The position numbers and the translations under genes were made by a program. From positions 14,012,001 through 14,076,000 of the forward strand of contig NC_091995.1 in the NCBI RefSeq assembly GCF_044704955.1: a stretch of DNA of 64,000 bases, read 5' to 3'. Numbering within the stretch: the stretch's first letter is position 1; each line of letters begins with the position of its first letter. The notes beneath the pieces are model-generated. The model ran no database searches, was not told the DNA's origin, and saw nothing but the letters and a program-made list of their open reading frames with translations. The stretch comes from Pristiophorus japonicus. Taxonomy: Eukaryota. Below, piece by piece: positions 62,351-64,000 of the stretch.

Positions 62351-64000
62351 ATAGAAACATAGAAACATAGAAAATAGGTGCAGGAGTAGGCCATTCGGCC
62401 CTTCGAGCCTGCATCGCCATTCAATAAGTTCATGGCTGAGCATGCAACTTCAGTACCCCATTCCTGCTTTCTCGCCATACCCCTTGATCCCCCTAGTAGT
62501 TAGGACTACATCTAACTCCTTTTTGAATATATTTAGTGAATTGGCTTCAACAACTTTCTGTGTAAGAGAATTCCATAGGTTCACCACTCTCTGGGTGAAG
62601 GAGTTTCTCCTCATCTCGGTCCTAAATGGTTTACCCCTTATCCTTAGACTGTGACCCCTGGTTCTGGACTTCCCCAACATTGGGAACATTCTTCCTACAT
62701 CTAACCTGTCTAAACCCGTCAGAATTTTAAACGTTTCTATGAGGTCCCCTCTCATTCTTCTGAACTCCATTGAATACAAGCCCAGTTGATCCAGTCTTTC
62801 TTGATAGGTCAGTCCCGCCATCCCGCGAATCAGTCTGGTGAACCTTCACTGCACTCCCTCAATAGCAAGAATGTCCATCCTCAAGTTAGGAGACCAAAAC
62901 TGTACACAATAATCCAGGTGTGGCCTCACCAAGGCCCTGTACAACTGCAGTAACACCTCCCTGCCCCTGTACTCAAATCCCCTCGCTATGAAGGCCAACA
63001 TGCCATTTGCTTTCTTAACCGCCTGCTGTACCTGCATGCCAACCTTCAATGACTGATGTACCATGACACCCAGGTCTCGTTGCACCTCCCCTTTTCCTAA
63101 TCTGTCACCATTCAGATAATAGTCTGTCTTTCTGTTTTTACCACCAAAGTGGATAACCTCACATTTATCCACTTTATACTTCATCTGCCATGCATTTGCC
63201 CACTCACCTAACCAATCCAAGTCACTCTGCAGCCTCATAGCATCCTCCTCACAGCTGCCACCCAACTTAGTGTCATCGGCAAATTTGGAGATACTACATT
63301 TAATCCTCTCGTCTAAATCATTAATGTACAATGTAAACAGCTGGGGCCCCAGCACAGAACCTTGCGGTACCCCACTTGTTACTGCCTGCCATTCTGAAAA
63401 GTACCCATTTACTCCTACTCTTTGCTTCCTGTCTGCCAACCAGTTCTCAATCCACGTCAGCACACTACCCCCAATCCCATGTGCTTTAACTTTGCACATT
63501 AATCTCTTGTGTGGGACCTTGTCGAAAGCCTTCTGAAAGTCAAAATACACCACATCAACTGGTTCTCCCTTGTCCACTCGACTGGAAACATCCTCAAAAA
63601 ATTCCAGAAAATTTGTCAAGCATGATTTCCCTTTCACAAATCCATGCTGACTTGGACCTATCATGTCACCTCTTTCCAAATGCGCTGCTATGATATCCTT
63701 AATAATTGATTCCATCATTTTACCCACTACCGATGTCAGGCTGACCGGTCTATAATTCCCTGTTTTCTCTCTCTCCCCTTTTTAAAAAAGTGGGGTTACA
63801 TTGGCTACCCTCTACTCCATAGGAACTGATCCAGAGTCTATGGAATGTTGGAAAATGACTGTCAATGCATCCGCTATTTCTAAGGGCTCCTCCTTAAGTA
63901 CCCTGGGATGCAGTCTATCAGGCCTTGGGGATTTATCAGCCTTCAATCCCATCAATTTCCCCAACACAATTTCCCGACTAATAAGGATTTCCCTCAGTTC
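62350..64000 (-). mobile_element. Young CR1 (HER1-like) LINE running off the window end
   Basis: Near-intact RT ORFs 62846-63727 and 62450-62821; TTTCTATG tail. Confidence 0.92.

Overview
Repeat-rich vertebrate DNA, most likely from a cartilaginous fish (shark). That assignment is inferred from CR1/HER1-type LINEs with (TTTCTATG)n tails, Deu-domain tRNA-SINEs, and RTE, L2 and Tx1 LINEs. The left end holds exon 1 of a SAPCD2-family gene (minus strand) between two minisatellites, followed by a decayed Harbinger transposon carrying nested insertions. From about 20.5 to 55.6 kb lies a dispersed cluster of intronless histone genes that end in stem-loops and are mostly non-canonical: two Cys-containing H2B variants, an H4 with five substitutions, an H2A (partly N-masked) and four divergent linker-histone (H1) genes. 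Two of the H1s have Arg-rich, protamine-like tails, one has a shortened wing, and one has an eroded globular domain plus an acidic tract. An orphan histone stem-loop follows a decayed basic ORF at about 33.5 kb. No H3 and no divergent H2A/H2B pair occur in the window. The best candidate for an undescribed system is this variant histone cluster, possibly a germline/sperm chromatin module showing an H1-to-protamine transition; that function is inference only. Repeat boundaries were read by eye and are approximate.
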